A stretch of DNA of 64,000 bases, taken from sequence record ON529860.1. One strand, 5' to 3'. Below are positions 9,317-18,397 of this stretch, piece by piece. Below the pieces are notes generated by a model, which worked only from the letters and a program-made list of their open reading frames with translations, had not been told where the DNA came from and searched no databases. Within the stretch, counting starts at the first letter, position 1. Every line of letters starts with the position of its first letter. The position numbers and the translations under genes are program-made.

Positions 9317-9598
9317 TTGACGATTCTCGTTCTGGGCGCCCTGGGGCGTCACACCAATCTCCCCGTCAATGAACGGCCCGAGACCACTTTCACCGCCACC
9401 CGCCCTTCCGCTGATCACCTGATCAGCGCCACGGTGTCGGTCCACATCGCCCCGAGCGGCGAAAGCCCCACGTTCGATCACTTCAAGCTGCCCAAGGGCG
9501 TCTATGCGCGGGTTCGCCTGATGAAGGGCGAGACTCTGGGCTTCCTCGTCGGCGACGGCGAGCCCGACGGCGTCGTCTCCATCACGGAGGCTGTGTGA
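9317..9598 (+). CDS. small putative virion protein (93 aa)
   Basis: TTG start, beta-rich sequence, first of the co-transcribed structural-looking genes; no clear SD. Confidence 0.55.
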   Translation: MTILVLGALGRHTNLPVNERPETTFTATRPSADHLISATVSVHIAPSGESPTFDHFKLPKGVYARVRLMKGETLGFLVGDGEPDGVVSITEAV

Positions 9599-9996
9599 TG
9601 CCCGCTCTCTCCTACTACATGCACAACCGCCTGGTGAACTGGATGAAGGGGGCCTCGTTCGGCTTCCCGCCCACGGGCCTGCGTTTTGGTCTACTGACGG
9701 TCGAGCCCAGCGCCAACGGCCAGGGCGTCGTCGAGCCGCAGTCGTCTATGGGTTATGCGCGCCAGCCGATCACCCTGACTGACATCGAGCAGGCCAACGG
9801 CATCTCTTCGGTCAAGAACGTCCAGCCTCTGGTGTTCGGACCCGCCACCGGCAACTGGCCGGCGCTGACCTGGGGCGCGATCTTCGACCAGGACGGCAAC
9901 CTGCTGCTGCACGGCGCCCTGGCGGCGTCCCGTGTCGCCCCCACGGGAGATTCCATCTCCTTCGGCGCCGGCGCGATCCAGTTCCGCCTGAAGTAA
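9598..9996 (+). CDS. phage tail/fibre-associated protein (Gp80-like small beta protein)
   Basis: GYARQ...N...FGPATGNW...AIFD..GN.L.HG.L...GDSISF.AGAI pattern typical of this small tail-fibre family. Confidence 0.75.
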   Translation: MPALSYYMHNRLVNWMKGASFGFPPTGLRFGLLTVEPSANGQGVVEPQSSMGYARQPITLTDIEQANGISSVKNVQPLVFGPATGNWPALTWGAIFDQDGNLLLHGALAASRVAPTGDSISFGAGAIQFRLK

Positions 9997-9997
9997 C

Positions 9998-10369
9998 ATG
10001 GCGACGCTTGAGGGTCGTCTGGGCATCAACATCGAGGTGGACCTTGCGCTCGCCTCGGTGATGATCCGTCGCGGGGCGTGTGAGATGGACGGCTCCGTCG
10101 AGGTGAACTTTGTGGGTGAGGTCGGCCGCGCCGCCGCCTTCAGTCCCCTCTTCACTGTCGATGGCGACCCGAACTGGTTCAACGCCATCGGCTGGGCCAC
10201 TGACCGCGCCGGACCCATCACCCACGCCTTCGGCGTCATCGACGACGGCGTCCCGCTCTGCACCGCCTACGAATTCGATACCGGCCCCGTCGTCTATGCC
10301 GAAGGCGGGGGCGGACCCGTCCCTGATCCCGGCGACCTCACCCTTCTTTTCGACAACCGCCTGATCTAG
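9998..10369 (+). CDS. putative virion protein (123 aa)
   Basis: in structural operon; beta-rich. Confidence 0.65.
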   Translation: MATLEGRLGINIEVDLALASVMIRRGACEMDGSVEVNFVGEVGRAAAFSPLFTVDGDPNWFNAIGWATDRAGPITHAFGVIDDGVPLCTAYEFDTGPVVYAEGGGGPVPDPGDLTLLFDNRLI

Positions 10370-10387
10370 TCGGTCCGGAGTTCCCCC

Positions 10388-11191
10388 ATGTCTACGCTTA
10401 CGGTCCGTCTACAGGACCTCACCACCCGCATCGCCACGGAATGCAAGGCGATCCGCACGTTGATGAACGGCAATGCGGCGTCCAACAGCGCCTTGCTGAC
10501 GACGGCCAAGTCCAACCTCCTGGCGGCGATCAATGAACTGCACACCCGCCTGGCGTCCGCCGAAGGCGCGCTGGGTGGAAAGGCCACGATCGACGACGAA
10601 CTGTCGAGTCTGACGACGACCTTCTCGTCGAGCAAGATCAGCAACCTGATCAGCGCCAAGCCGTCGATCAACGACAGCGCGGCGTCGGCCACCACCGTCT
10701 ACTCTTCGTCCAAGACGGTCACGCTGATCGACGCCAAGGCGGCCATCAACGACGCCACGGGCTCGTCGGCGACCGAGACCTATTCGATCGACAAGATCAA
10801 GGCCGAGATCGCCGCCGCCGTCGGCGCCGTGGACGCCGGCGAAGTCATCAATGACGCCCTCTCTTCCTCGACCACCCGGACCTACTCGATCGACAAGATC
10901 AAGTCGGAACTGTCGGCGACCGCCATCGCCGTCAAGGATGAAATCCTGGGCGGCGCCGGCGCGGCCTATGATACGCTGAAGGAACTGCAAGACCTGCTGA
11001 TCGCCGCCGATGGCGACCTGACGGCCTTCAACACCGCGCTCGCCAACCGGGTGCGAACCGACATCAACAATCAGAACCTGACGGCGCTCCAGAAACAGAA
11101 CGCCCGCACCAACATCGACGCCTACGGCTCGCAGGAACTGGGCGACCCCGACACCGACCTCGTGGCGGTGTTCGTCGCCGCCCTGGTCTAA
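10388..11191 (+). CDS. phage fibre protein with I(N/D)D..S.T.T(Y/F)S..KI repeats
   Basis: TAKSNLLAAINEL, four ~23-aa repeats, ILGGAGAAYDTLKEL, QKQNARTNI fibre motifs. Confidence 0.8.
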   Translation: MSTLTVRLQDLTTRIATECKAIRTLMNGNAASNSALLTTAKSNLLAAINELHTRLASAEGALGGKATIDDELSSLTTTFSSSKISNLISAKPSINDSAASATTVYSSSKTVTLIDAKAAINDATGSSATETYSIDKIKAEIAAAVGAVDAGEVINDALSSSTTRTYSIDKIKSELSATAIAVKDEILGGAGAAYDTLKELQDLLIAADGDLTAFNTALANRVRTDINNQNLTALQKQNARTNIDAYGSQELGDPDTDLVAVFVAALV

Positions 11192-11194
11192 GCT

Positions 11195-12373
11195 ATGGCG
11201 ACGCTGATCAACCGCCTGTCGGCGGTGTTGCAACGCGTCGCCGACGAGTTCAACACCGTCGCCACGACTCTGTCGGGGAAGGCGGACAAGGCCGACACCT
11301 ACACCAAGGCTGAAGTCGACGCCTTGTCCGGAGGCGTAGCCGTCTGGACGGCTAAAACGGGAGCCTACACGGCCGTGGACGGAGACCGCATTCTTGCGGA
11401 TACGTCTGAGGCGGCCTGGACGCTGACCCTGCCTGAAGCCGGCGCCTTCGTCGAAGTGGCGGACCCGATCGGAGCCTGGGCGTCCAACGCCCTGACTGTG
11501 AAACCGGTTGCGGGCGAAGCCCTGCGCGGGGTGGCGGGAGACCTGATTTGCGATCAGCCGGCGAACCTCCAGTTTCAGAAGCTGTCTGGCGGCGTCTGGC
11601 TGGTGAAGAAGATCGCCGTGGTGCCCGGCAAGCCGCCGGTCTCGATCGACCCGCCTGTCATTACGGGTTCCGCATGGGTGGGCGAAACGCTCACCGCCTC
11701 GGCGGGGACCTGGGAGAATGCGCCGACCCAGTTCAGTTGGCGCTGGTATGCGAATGGCGTGGTGATCGCCGGCGCAACCGCCTCCACCTACACCGTCGCC
11801 CAGGCGGATGTCGGCAAAGCGATTTCGGTTCGGGTCACCGCCACCAATGGCGACGGAGCCACCACGGCTGTATCCGTCGCGACGAGCCAGGTGCCGAAGT
11901 CTCAGGCGGACTGGCTGGCCCACATCGCGAGCCGCGCGCCGACCTTCGCGGACCCGAACCGACAGATTTCCAACGTCGGCGCCGGCACGTTCCGCTATGT
12001 CGGAGGGACGTCGACCGAAACCAGCTACTGGGGCACGCCGTGGCGACCGCTCTATGCGAACGGCTTCGCCGGAGCCTTGCGTAGCGGTCTCATCCACGGA
12101 TTCGCTTCGGCGGCCGCCTTCACCGCCCAGAACGGCAAGACGATGCTGTTCGTCTCCCGTCTGCTGGGCGAGTTTGCGCAGATCGACGGCCACACCCGTA
12201 ACGGCCTCACCAGCGCCACCCTGACCCAGGCTCAGAACGGCGGGTCCCTGATCATGGGCTTTACGCTGGATGAAATCTCCTACTGGGACGCCGCGCTCGG
12301 CAAGCCGATGACCATGCGGCCGTCCGCCACTTCCAACAACGGCCCGAGCGATTACACGCACGCCGCCTGGTGA
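11195..12373 (+). CDS. fibre/receptor-binding protein with Ig-like domain
   Basis: KADKADTYTKAEVDA shaft, DRILADTS..WTLTLP module, Ig-like PVITGSAWVGETLTAS.GTW...ATASTYTV.QADVGKAISVRVTATN. Confidence 0.8.
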   Translation: MATLINRLSAVLQRVADEFNTVATTLSGKADKADTYTKAEVDALSGGVAVWTAKTGAYTAVDGDRILADTSEAAWTLTLPEAGAFVEVADPIGAWASNALTVKPVAGEALRGVAGDLICDQPANLQFQKLSGGVWLVKKIAVVPGKPPVSIDPPVITGSAWVGETLTASAGTWENAPTQFSWRWYANGVVIAGATASTYTVAQADVGKAISVRVTATNGDGATTAVSVATSQVPKSQADWLAHIASRAPTFADPNRQISNVGAGTFRYVGGTSTETSYWGTPWRPLYANGFAGALRSGLIHGFASAAAFTAQNGKTMLFVSRLLGEFAQIDGHTRNGLTSATLTQAQNGGSLIMGFTLDEISYWDAALGKPMTMRPSATSNNGPSDYTHAAW

Positions 12374-13296
12374 CCATGACCCTTCTCAGCGAACTCTTCC
12401 CTGACGGCTCCAGCGGCGGCTTGCGCCGTGGCGCTCGGATCAGCCTTACCACCTCAACCACGCTCCAAGTGGCGGACCATGTCGCCCTGGCGCCTCCGGG
12501 CTACGGCCTGTGGGGGTGGGACGTCATCTGCATCGGGGCCGGCGGCTCAGGCATGCGTTACTTCGGCGGTTCCGGCGGCGGCCGAGAACAACGTTTCGTC
12601 CCGGTCGCGGAAGTGGGGACGTCGGTGGCGGTCGTGGTCGGCGCCGGCGGCGTCGCCGCGAGCCACAGCATCGGCTCGCCCGGAGGCGACACCAGCTTTG
12701 GCGTCTCGCTCGGGGCGAGCGGCGGCGGCGCCGGGCTAGGGTCAGCGGCGGTCGACGGCATCTTCCCGGCGCGGACCTCAAAACGACCGCTCGTCGACGT
12801 CGGACCGAGCAGCGCGACCGCCTGGGCCAACTATCAGACCGGCTCTCCAGGGACTTCGGCGACTGCGACGGTTCCCACGAACGTGTTCGACGGCAGTCGG
12901 GGCGGCGGCGGCGGCGTGGGGGCGTCCCAGGCCGGAGGATCGGTCTGGCCTCACCCGAGCGCCATGAGCACCGTGCGTGCGGCGGGGGGCGGCTTTGGGG
13001 GCGTTGATGGCGGCGCCCCTGCTTCAGCCGCCCAACTTGCCCTGGTGCGCGTCCGCGCCGACATCGCTACAGCGGGGCCAGGCAACCCGTCCACAACGCC
13101 AGGCGCGCCCGGCCACCCCGGCGTGGGCGACTATCCGGGCGGCGGCGGCAACGGCAACGCAGGTTCCGCCGGCAATGCAGCGGGCGACGGCGGCTTTCCG
13201 GGCGGCGGCGGCGGCGGCAGCAACGGCACCAGCGGGACCCAGGGCAATGGCGCGGCCGGCGTCGTCTACCTCTATCCGATTTTCGAGCCTCTTTGA
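12370..13296 (+). CDS. glycine-rich tail/fibre protein
   Basis: IGAGGSG, GGSGGG, VVGAGG, GGDTSFG, GGFPGGGGGG, GNGAAGVV motifs. Confidence 0.8.
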   Translation: MTMTLLSELFPDGSSGGLRRGARISLTTSTTLQVADHVALAPPGYGLWGWDVICIGAGGSGMRYFGGSGGGREQRFVPVAEVGTSVAVVVGAGGVAASHSIGSPGGDTSFGVSLGASGGGAGLGSAAVDGIFPARTSKRPLVDVGPSSATAWANYQTGSPGTSATATVPTNVFDGSRGGGGGVGASQAGGSVWPHPSAMSTVRAAGGGFGGVDGGAPASAAQLALVRVRADIATAGPGNPSTTPGAPGHPGVGDYPGGGGNGNAGSAGNAAGDGGFPGGGGGGSNGTSGTQGNGAAGVVYLYPIFEPL

Positions 13297-13781
13297 TGCG
13301 CCACGCTCTCATCCGCGACGACCAGGTCGTCAACATCATCCTGTGCGGTCCTGAGTTCCAGCCGCCCGAAGGCCTCACGCTTGTTGCGTTGGGTGAAGCC
13401 GGAACGGCTGCGATCGGCTGGCTCTATGACGGCCAAAGCTTTGCACCCCCGCCCGATGCCGCGCCGGAGCCGCAAACGCCGGACCTGCGTCCGACCAAGG
13501 CGCGCTTCGGCGACCTGTTCACCGATGACGAGCACGCCGCTATGAACCTGATCCGGTGGCAATGCCGTCAGATGGACGCGGCCGAGCGCGCCATTCCCGG
13601 TAACCCGCTGGTCTACGCCGAGACCTTGTTCATCAAGTTCGATCTGCCGGCTGAATTCATTGAACTGGACCTGCCCATGGTGGCGCAGGGTCTGGGCCTG
13701 CTCGGCATGTTGGGTGTGTTCGGCGACCGCGCTGAGACGCGCATTCCCCAGGTCCTGGCGAACGAAGACCCGCCGGCCTAA
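13296..13781 (+). CDS. putative fibre assembly protein
   Basis: HALIRDDQVVNII...AIGWLYDGQSFAPP N-terminus typical of proteins that follow Gly-rich fibre genes. Confidence 0.65.
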   Translation: MRHALIRDDQVVNIILCGPEFQPPEGLTLVALGEAGTAAIGWLYDGQSFAPPPDAAPEPQTPDLRPTKARFGDLFTDDEHAAMNLIRWQCRQMDAAERAIPGNPLVYAETLFIKFDLPAEFIELDLPMVAQGLGLLGMLGVFGDRAETRIPQVLANEDPPA

Positions 13782-13966
13782 GTGATCGGCGGGTCGACCC
13801 ATTCGCCGAACTTGAAGACGCCTGGGCAGGTCTGTCCGTCTTGTCCCTTATGGCGGCGCGGAAATCGTTCGGAGCCGTCTCCTTTATGGCGCCCCTGTCG
13901 CGGCAGGCGTCCGTTCGCGGTCTCTTTACCACAGACGACGCACTGCACGATCAGCCAGGTCGCCAT
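13778..13966 (-). CDS. small zinc-ribbon-like protein (62 aa)
   Basis: CVVC...H...CPG. Confidence 0.65.
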   Translation of the reverse strand: MATWLIVQCVVCGKETANGRLPRQGRHKGDGSERFPRRHKGQDGQTCPGVFKFGEWVDPPIT

Positions 13967-14409
13967 CAGGCGTCCGGATTGAGCCGCCAGGTGGCGACCG
14001 CGCCGTGACGGGCGCCCACCAGGGTGTTCCTGCGTTCCGCCTTCCTGGCGTTAACCAGCATGCCGAGCATGCCTTGCAGCATCGCCGCGCTGCTGCGGTC
14101 GCCCCAGCGGCGGTGCAGAGCCTCGATGTCTTCCCAGTCGTCGGACAGGATGCCGAGGGCTTCCAGCGCCAGCGGCGGTATGGCGTCCTCGGCCAGACGT
14201 CGCGGCGGGCTCGTCGCCTCCCGCAGCGCCTTCTGGTGTTCGGCCGGCAGGCCGTAGAGCGCGATGAGGCCGTGGCTTAGCATTCGCGCCTGATCGTTCG
14301 ACAGGTCAAGCGTGAAGCTGCCCAGGCCGATCTCACAGCGACCGCTGCGATCGATCGATATGCCGCAGTCGCCGTGCGGGCGGAAACGCCCTGTAAATCC
14401 AGCGGTCAT
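13966..14409 (-). CDS. hypothetical protein, possible C-terminal wHTH
   Basis: start moved to MTAGFTGR (ATGA overlap). Confidence 0.65.
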   Translation of the reverse strand: MTAGFTGRFRPHGDCGISIDRSGRCEIGLGSFTLDLSNDQARMLSHGLIALYGLPAEHQKALREATSPPRRLAEDAIPPLALEALGILSDDWEDIEALHRRWGDRSSAAMLQGMLGMLVNARKAERRNTLVGARHGAVATWRLNPDA

Positions 14410-14855
14410 GCCATCTTCCAACGATAGGTCGGCGACCCCGCGCCCGTGGGCTTCGGGTTTTGCTCGATCCGACCTTCCGCCAGCAGGGTGGCGATGGCGC
14501 GGTTCAAGCGCGGGGTCGGAATGCCGGCTTCCCCCATGGAATCGTGGATTTGCAGCGGCGTGCGCCAGAAGCCGCGAATGTGCCGAGCAACCGTCTCGAC
14601 GTCCTGCACGGCGACCGACACCAGGCCCATGCGCTCCAGCCATTCCTTGTAGCGCAGGTCGCAGGCAGCCTTGGCCTGATCCACCGTCTTGAACTCGTCG
14701 GTGCGGAAGGGCTGGCTGTTGACGTAGTCGTAGACCGTGACCACCTCGCCGACCTTCTGGATGTCGAACACCGAAGGACCGGCATGACCATCCATGTCCA
14801 CAGCGCAGCCATGCGCCTCGTTCTTGTGTTCCGATTGCCAGATCAGCGCGCCCAT
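14406..14855 (-). CDS. hypothetical protein with C-terminal winged-helix-like segment
   Basis: start moved to MGALIWQS (SD GAGGAGG after promoter); RLNRAIATLLAEGRIE. Confidence 0.75.
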   Translation of the reverse strand: MGALIWQSEHKNEAHGCAVDMDGHAGPSVFDIQKVGEVVTVYDYVNSQPFRTDEFKTVDQAKAACDLRYKEWLERMGLVSVAVQDVETVARHIRGFWRTPLQIHDSMGEAGIPTPRLNRAIATLLAEGRIEQNPKPTGAGSPTYRWKMA

Positions 14856-14886
14856 ACGGCCCTCCTCGAATGTCGTTGAGGTGGTT

Positions 14887-14912
14887 GTAAAGGAATGATT
14901 TGCGGCTGTCAA
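14887..14912 (-). promoter_or_regulatory. conserved phage promoter copy 4
   Basis: GTAAAGGAATGATTTGCGGCTGTCAA. Confidence 0.8.
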
Positions 14913-15151
14913 TCCCACTGGAAGGCGTCCCAGTCGATCGCCAGCCGCGCCGCTTCCTCTTCCGAGATCGGGTGAGGGTCCGAACAGACCCGATAGGGCT
15001 CGCCCTTCAGGGTGACACGGCGGATGTGCCGCCCCTGGTGGCGTTCGTAGGCGCTGCACAGGCAATCGCCGCGAACTTCGTAAACCTCGACCACAATGCC
15101 AGGCTCGATCTTGCGCCGCCGTCGCCGGTTCATCGTCTTAAGGGTCGCCAT
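14909..15151 (-). CDS. small basic protein (80 aa)
   Basis: Arg-rich N-terminus. Confidence 0.6.
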   Translation of the reverse strand: MATLKTMNRRRRRKIEPGIVVEVYEVRGDCLCSAYERHQGRHIRRVTLKGEPYRVCSDPHPISEEEAARLAIDWDAFQWD

Positions 15152-15377
15152 GTCGCGCCTCCAGCTTGGTGTTGAGGTCAGCCCAGGCCTGGGCGACGCG
15201 ACGGTCGCGCTCCCGATCGGTAATGCGCCCTTGGTTCCGCAGCAGGTCTGCGTCCTCGATCTTCCAGCGGCAATGGCGCTTCAGTTCCGCCTCCGAGGCG
15301 ACATAGGCGCTCAATCGTCTAGTCCACGCAACGTGAGTTCCGAGAGTGCGCCGCGCCGCGCCATCGCCGCCCGACAA
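15138..15377 (-). CDS. hypothetical protein (start uncertain)
   Basis: fills gap between neighbours. Confidence 0.5.
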   Translation of the reverse strand: MSGGDGAARRTLGTHVAWTRRLSAYVASEAELKRHCRWKIEDADLLRNQGRITDRERDRRVAQAWADLNTKLEARHGDP

Positions 15378-15934
15378 CGGTTCAGGAAGTCGGGGTAGGC
15401 GGCGATCTTGTCCCGAGCGCAGTAGAGGATGCGCAGGTAGGTGACGATCTCGTTGTTGGACATCCGCGTCGGATCGCGCGCGGCGTAGACCTCCGACAGA
15501 TAGACCCAGTTCTCGGCGTGGGCATGGTCGCTCAGATCGCGCATCAACGCCGTCATCAGCGACGTCGACAGGGGCGCGGGGGTCTGGGCGATCGCCCAGC
15601 AGCGGTCCGCCGCCGACTGGGTGTGGAGGCAGGCGACCGTACCGCCGCTCGGATCGTATTCCCCGCCGTGACGGACATGGAATATGTCCCAGATGGCCCG
15701 GCCGATCTGCTCAATCTGCGCCTGCTCGTGCGTCAGTTGAGGCTCGGGAGGGCGGACCCAATCGGGACCTTGCGGATAGGCTTTTTCGAAATCGGTCCAG
15801 GCCTCGGCCGCTTCACGTCGGGCGTCGTCATGGGACAGATAGCCCAGGCGACGCCGCCTCGCGGCGGTTTCCGCCCGGTATTCGGTCACAGCGCGGGCGT
15901 CGTCCTCGGACGTCTCGGCGTCGAAGTAGGGCAT
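15311..15934 (-). CDS. hypothetical phage protein (207 aa)
   Basis: SD GGAGG upstream of ATG. Confidence 0.75.
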   Translation of the reverse strand: MPYFDAETSEDDARAVTEYRAETAARRRRLGYLSHDDARREAAEAWTDFEKAYPQGPDWVRPPEPQLTHEQAQIEQIGRAIWDIFHVRHGGEYDPSGGTVACLHTQSAADRCWAIAQTPAPLSTSLMTALMRDLSDHAHAENWVYLSEVYAARDPTRMSNNEIVTYLRILYCARDKIAAYPDFLNRCRAAMARRGALSELTLRGLDD

Positions 15935-15946
15935 AGGGCCTCCGGG

Positions 15947-16123
15947 TTAGGCGTTGGCGGCGGACAGGAAATAGCGCTGGGTTTGGTCCAGCCAGAGATG
16001 AAACGGCCGTACCGCCGCCTTTACGCCGCCACGCGGGGCCGTCTGGTCGAACAGGGCTTGTGCGCGGCCGACCTGGTCGGCGGTGACGCCGAGGCGTCGC
16101 ATCTCAGTCTCAACAGTCGTCAT
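15947..16123 (-). CDS. hypothetical protein (58 aa)
   Basis: start moved to MTTVETEM with SD GGAG. Confidence 0.6.
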   Translation of the reverse strand: MTTVETEMRRLGVTADQVGRAQALFDQTAPRGGVKAAVRPFHLWLDQTQRYFLSAANA

Positions 16124-16144
16124 GGGGCTCCAAGTACGCAGGAG

Positions 16145-16176
16145 GGGAAGAAGGCGGGCCGCCGGAGCGGCCCGCC
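16145..16176 (-). terminator. intrinsic terminator after HTH-ParB gene
   Basis: perfect 10-bp stem GGCGGGCCGC/TCCG/GCGGCCCGCC then TTCTTC on minus strand. Confidence 0.7.
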
Positions 16177-16184
16177 GTTGTGGA

Positions 16185-17486
16185 TTAGGCGCTTGCCTTG
16201 TCCAGGGTCGTCGAGGTGGCATCGCGCGGCTGGAACTTGCCGTCCTCGGCGCGGGTCATGTTGGCGAGGCGCTCGGCCGGCGAGACCTTGGGCGCCGGCA
16301 TGCGCAGGTCGGCGCGGGGGAAGGTCAGGCTGCTCGGGACATAGCCCATGATCGCCAGGTCCTTCTGGGTCGGGCTGGTGATGCCCCGGATCGTCGTCAG
16401 CGACTTGTCGACCGCAAAGGCGTTCCAGGCGCGGGCGGCGGCGCCGAAGGCGACGGACGGATGCACGATGTTGCGGCTGCGCGCGCGCTCCAGCGCCTCC
16501 CACTCACGCAGCGTCAGGCGCGGGTCGCCCTTCTCCAGTCCGGCGCCGGTTTCAAGCGCCTCCAGGAACTCGTCCACCTTCGAACTGAACAGGCCCTTGC
16601 TGTCGCCCAGCGCCAGCACGGCGGCGAGCGGACCCTTGGGGAAGCGAATCTTGCGCTTGGCGACCTTGTCGATGACGCCGTCCAGGACGGGGTTGGCTTC
16701 GATGAACTCCAGCAGGGCGACGCGGCCCAGCGGGCCGGTCAGCGACAGGTTGGCCCCGTAGTTGTGCACGAAGCGTCCGGCGGTCGCCAGCAGGCTGGAG
16801 TTCTCCTTGCCCGCCAAGGCGACGACGTCGCCGGCCGAACGGGTCTTGCCGTTGTCGATCGTGGTGAAGACTTCATCAGCCGCGTCGTAGGCGATCAACA
16901 TCTTCAGCGTGACGCCGGCGCGGACGATGGCGTGCAGGCGGTGCTGACCGTCCAGCAGGCGGTTGGTGAGGCTCACCACGATGGTGGCGCCGTTCTGTTG
17001 CCAGGACCCGGCGATCATATCTTGCGCGTACTTCCGCACCAACGCTTCCGAGAGCGGGCGGTTGTGGGTGTTGGCTTTCAGCAGGGCTTCGGCCTCGTCG
17101 GGGCCGATCATTTCGAACTGGATACGGGGCTGCATGGGCGCGGGTTGTCCTTTCGTGGCAGGGGCGGACGAGACCAGGGTCGCGGCCGGAGCAGATGAAG
17201 GTGAAGGGATGGACTTGGGGACCACCTTGAGCGCACGCGGTTGAGCGCCTCGGGTGGAGAAGAGCGGCGTGACGTCGCCGGCGGTTGCGGCTCCGGTCGC
17301 AGAGGCGGTCGTTTTACCGGCCTTGCGGTCGGCGCGCACGCGTTCGTAAATATCGGGAGCCTTGGCTTTCACCATCTGCTGCACGCCTGTGCGGTCGACG
17401 TTGAAATGACGCCCAAGTTGGGCGAAGGAGTAGTTGCCCGTCGCGAACATCTTGATCGCTTCGTCATGGTTATACTTGGCTTGCAA
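16185..17486 (-). CDS. HTH plus ParB/Srx-like (DGQHR) domain protein
   Basis: N-terminal SFAQLGRHFNVDRTGVQQMV helix-turn-helix; NRPLS..LVRKYAQDMIAGSW..NG..I...RLLDGQHRL.AIV. Confidence 0.8.
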   Translation of the reverse strand: MQAKYNHDEAIKMFATGNYSFAQLGRHFNVDRTGVQQMVKAKAPDIYERVRADRKAGKTTASATGAATAGDVTPLFSTRGAQPRALKVVPKSIPSPSSAPAATLVSSAPATKGQPAPMQPRIQFEMIGPDEAEALLKANTHNRPLSEALVRKYAQDMIAGSWQQNGATIVVSLTNRLLDGQHRLHAIVRAGVTLKMLIAYDAADEVFTTIDNGKTRSAGDVVALAGKENSSLLATAGRFVHNYGANLSLTGPLGRVALLEFIEANPVLDGVIDKVAKRKIRFPKGPLAAVLALGDSKGLFSSKVDEFLEALETGAGLEKGDPRLTLREWEALERARSRNIVHPSVAFGAAARAWNAFAVDKSLTTIRGITSPTQKDLAIMGYVPSSLTFPRADLRMPAPKVSPAERLANMTRAEDGKFQPRDATSTTLDKASA

Positions 17487-17487
17487 T

Positions 17488-17838
17488 TCAGAACTCCTGG
17501 GTCTTAGGGGGCTTGGAGACGCAGACGCGCCGGGGCTTGACGGGGGTTACGTGGTCGGGGTGGCGTTTCAGCGCCCGGCCGGGATGGCCCAGACGTCGGA
17601 GCGTGGCGTGATTGGCGCGCGAGGAGACCCGTCCGACCGGGAAGGCGCCTTTGACCGGGACCACCTTGCCGTAGCAATCGGGGTTCAAAGGGTCGTCGCC
17701 ATACCACAGGCCCGTGAAAAGGTAGTCCCCCGGCACACGGATCAGGGAGGTCGGACGCTCGACGTCCGCCTTGGACAGCGACAAACGCACCCACAGGCGG
17801 TCGCTGCGATCTCTCGGGCGGCGGTAGAGCGCGCTCAT
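17488..17838 (-). CDS. hypothetical protein (116 aa)
   Basis: ATGA overlap; packed run. Confidence 0.6.
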   Translation of the reverse strand: MSALYRRPRDRSDRLWVRLSLSKADVERPTSLIRVPGDYLFTGLWYGDDPLNPDCYGKVVPVKGAFPVGRVSSRANHATLRRLGHPGRALKRHPDHVTPVKPRRVCVSKPPKTQEF

Positions 17839-18188
17839 GCCGGGGCGTCCAGGATGGCCGAGAGCGATTCGATCTCGGCGGTCGTCAGGTGCGAAGGCGG
17901 GTCCATGTCATCCGCAAGCTTCCGGAGCCGACGCCAGGCCGCCTTGCGACCCTGCTCGGCGTCGAAGGCGTCTCGGCTCGGCCAGAGTTGGGCGCGATGG
18001 CCGAAGTCGGAATCCTGGCGCCCCGAGAAGTCATAGCGGTCCTGGGACCAGGTTGCCGATTGCACCGTCAACCAGGCGCGACCGATCTTCACGACCTTCG
18101 CCTCGGAGGTCTCGATCCCGCGCCGGCCCGGATAGGCGATGATCACCGCTTGGCCTTCGGTCCAGGTGCTTTTATCGAACGTCGGCAT
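17835..18188 (-). CDS. hypothetical protein (117 aa)
   Basis: SD GGGAGG after promoter 18218-18243; SH3-like beta N-terminus. Confidence 0.75.
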   Translation of the reverse strand: MPTFDKSTWTEGQAVIIAYPGRRGIETSEAKVVKIGRAWLTVQSATWSQDRYDFSGRQDSDFGHRAQLWPSRDAFDAEQGRKAAWRRLRKLADDMDPPSHLTTAEIESLSAILDAPA

Positions 18189-18397
18189 CAGCCCTCCCTC
18201 TCGTCTGAAGAGATGACGTAAAGGAATGGTTTCCGGCTGTCAACAGTCTCGCGCTGAATATTCGCAACGTCGTAGCCGCTCGCATCGAGCAACGCGTAGG
18301 CGATGTCTCCAGCCCTTTCAAGCGGCGCCGCGCCGCTATGGACGAGACCCGCCGCAATGGCGTTGAGTTGACGCCGGGTGGCGACGGGGGCCGTCAT
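18188..18397 (-). CDS. hypothetical protein (69 aa)
   Basis: start moved to MTAPVATR. Confidence 0.55.
   Translation of the reverse strand: MTAPVATRRQLNAIAAGLVHSGAAPLERAGDIAYALLDASGYDVANIQRETVDSRKPFLYVISSDEREG
18218..18243 (-). promoter_or_regulatory. conserved phage promoter copy 5
   Basis: GTAAAGGAATGGTTTCCGGCTGTCAA. Confidence 0.8.

Noticed and set aside
10409-12361. 650-aa minus-strand ORF and other long antisense ORFs (e.g. 16083-17198, 54630-56072, 59321-60373, 61891-62904)
   Set aside because: Shadow frames opposite genes with clear motifs; Arg/Gly/Ala-rich translation typical of high-GC antisense frames, with no SD or motif
11195-13296. Diversity-generating retroelement or invertible fibre cassette
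   Set aside because: No reverse transcriptase, template-repeat copy, invertase or flanking inverted sites seen
12370-13296. GGC-rich tandem repeats as a non-coding repeat
   Set aside because: Explained by poly-Gly codons of the glycine-rich fibre protein
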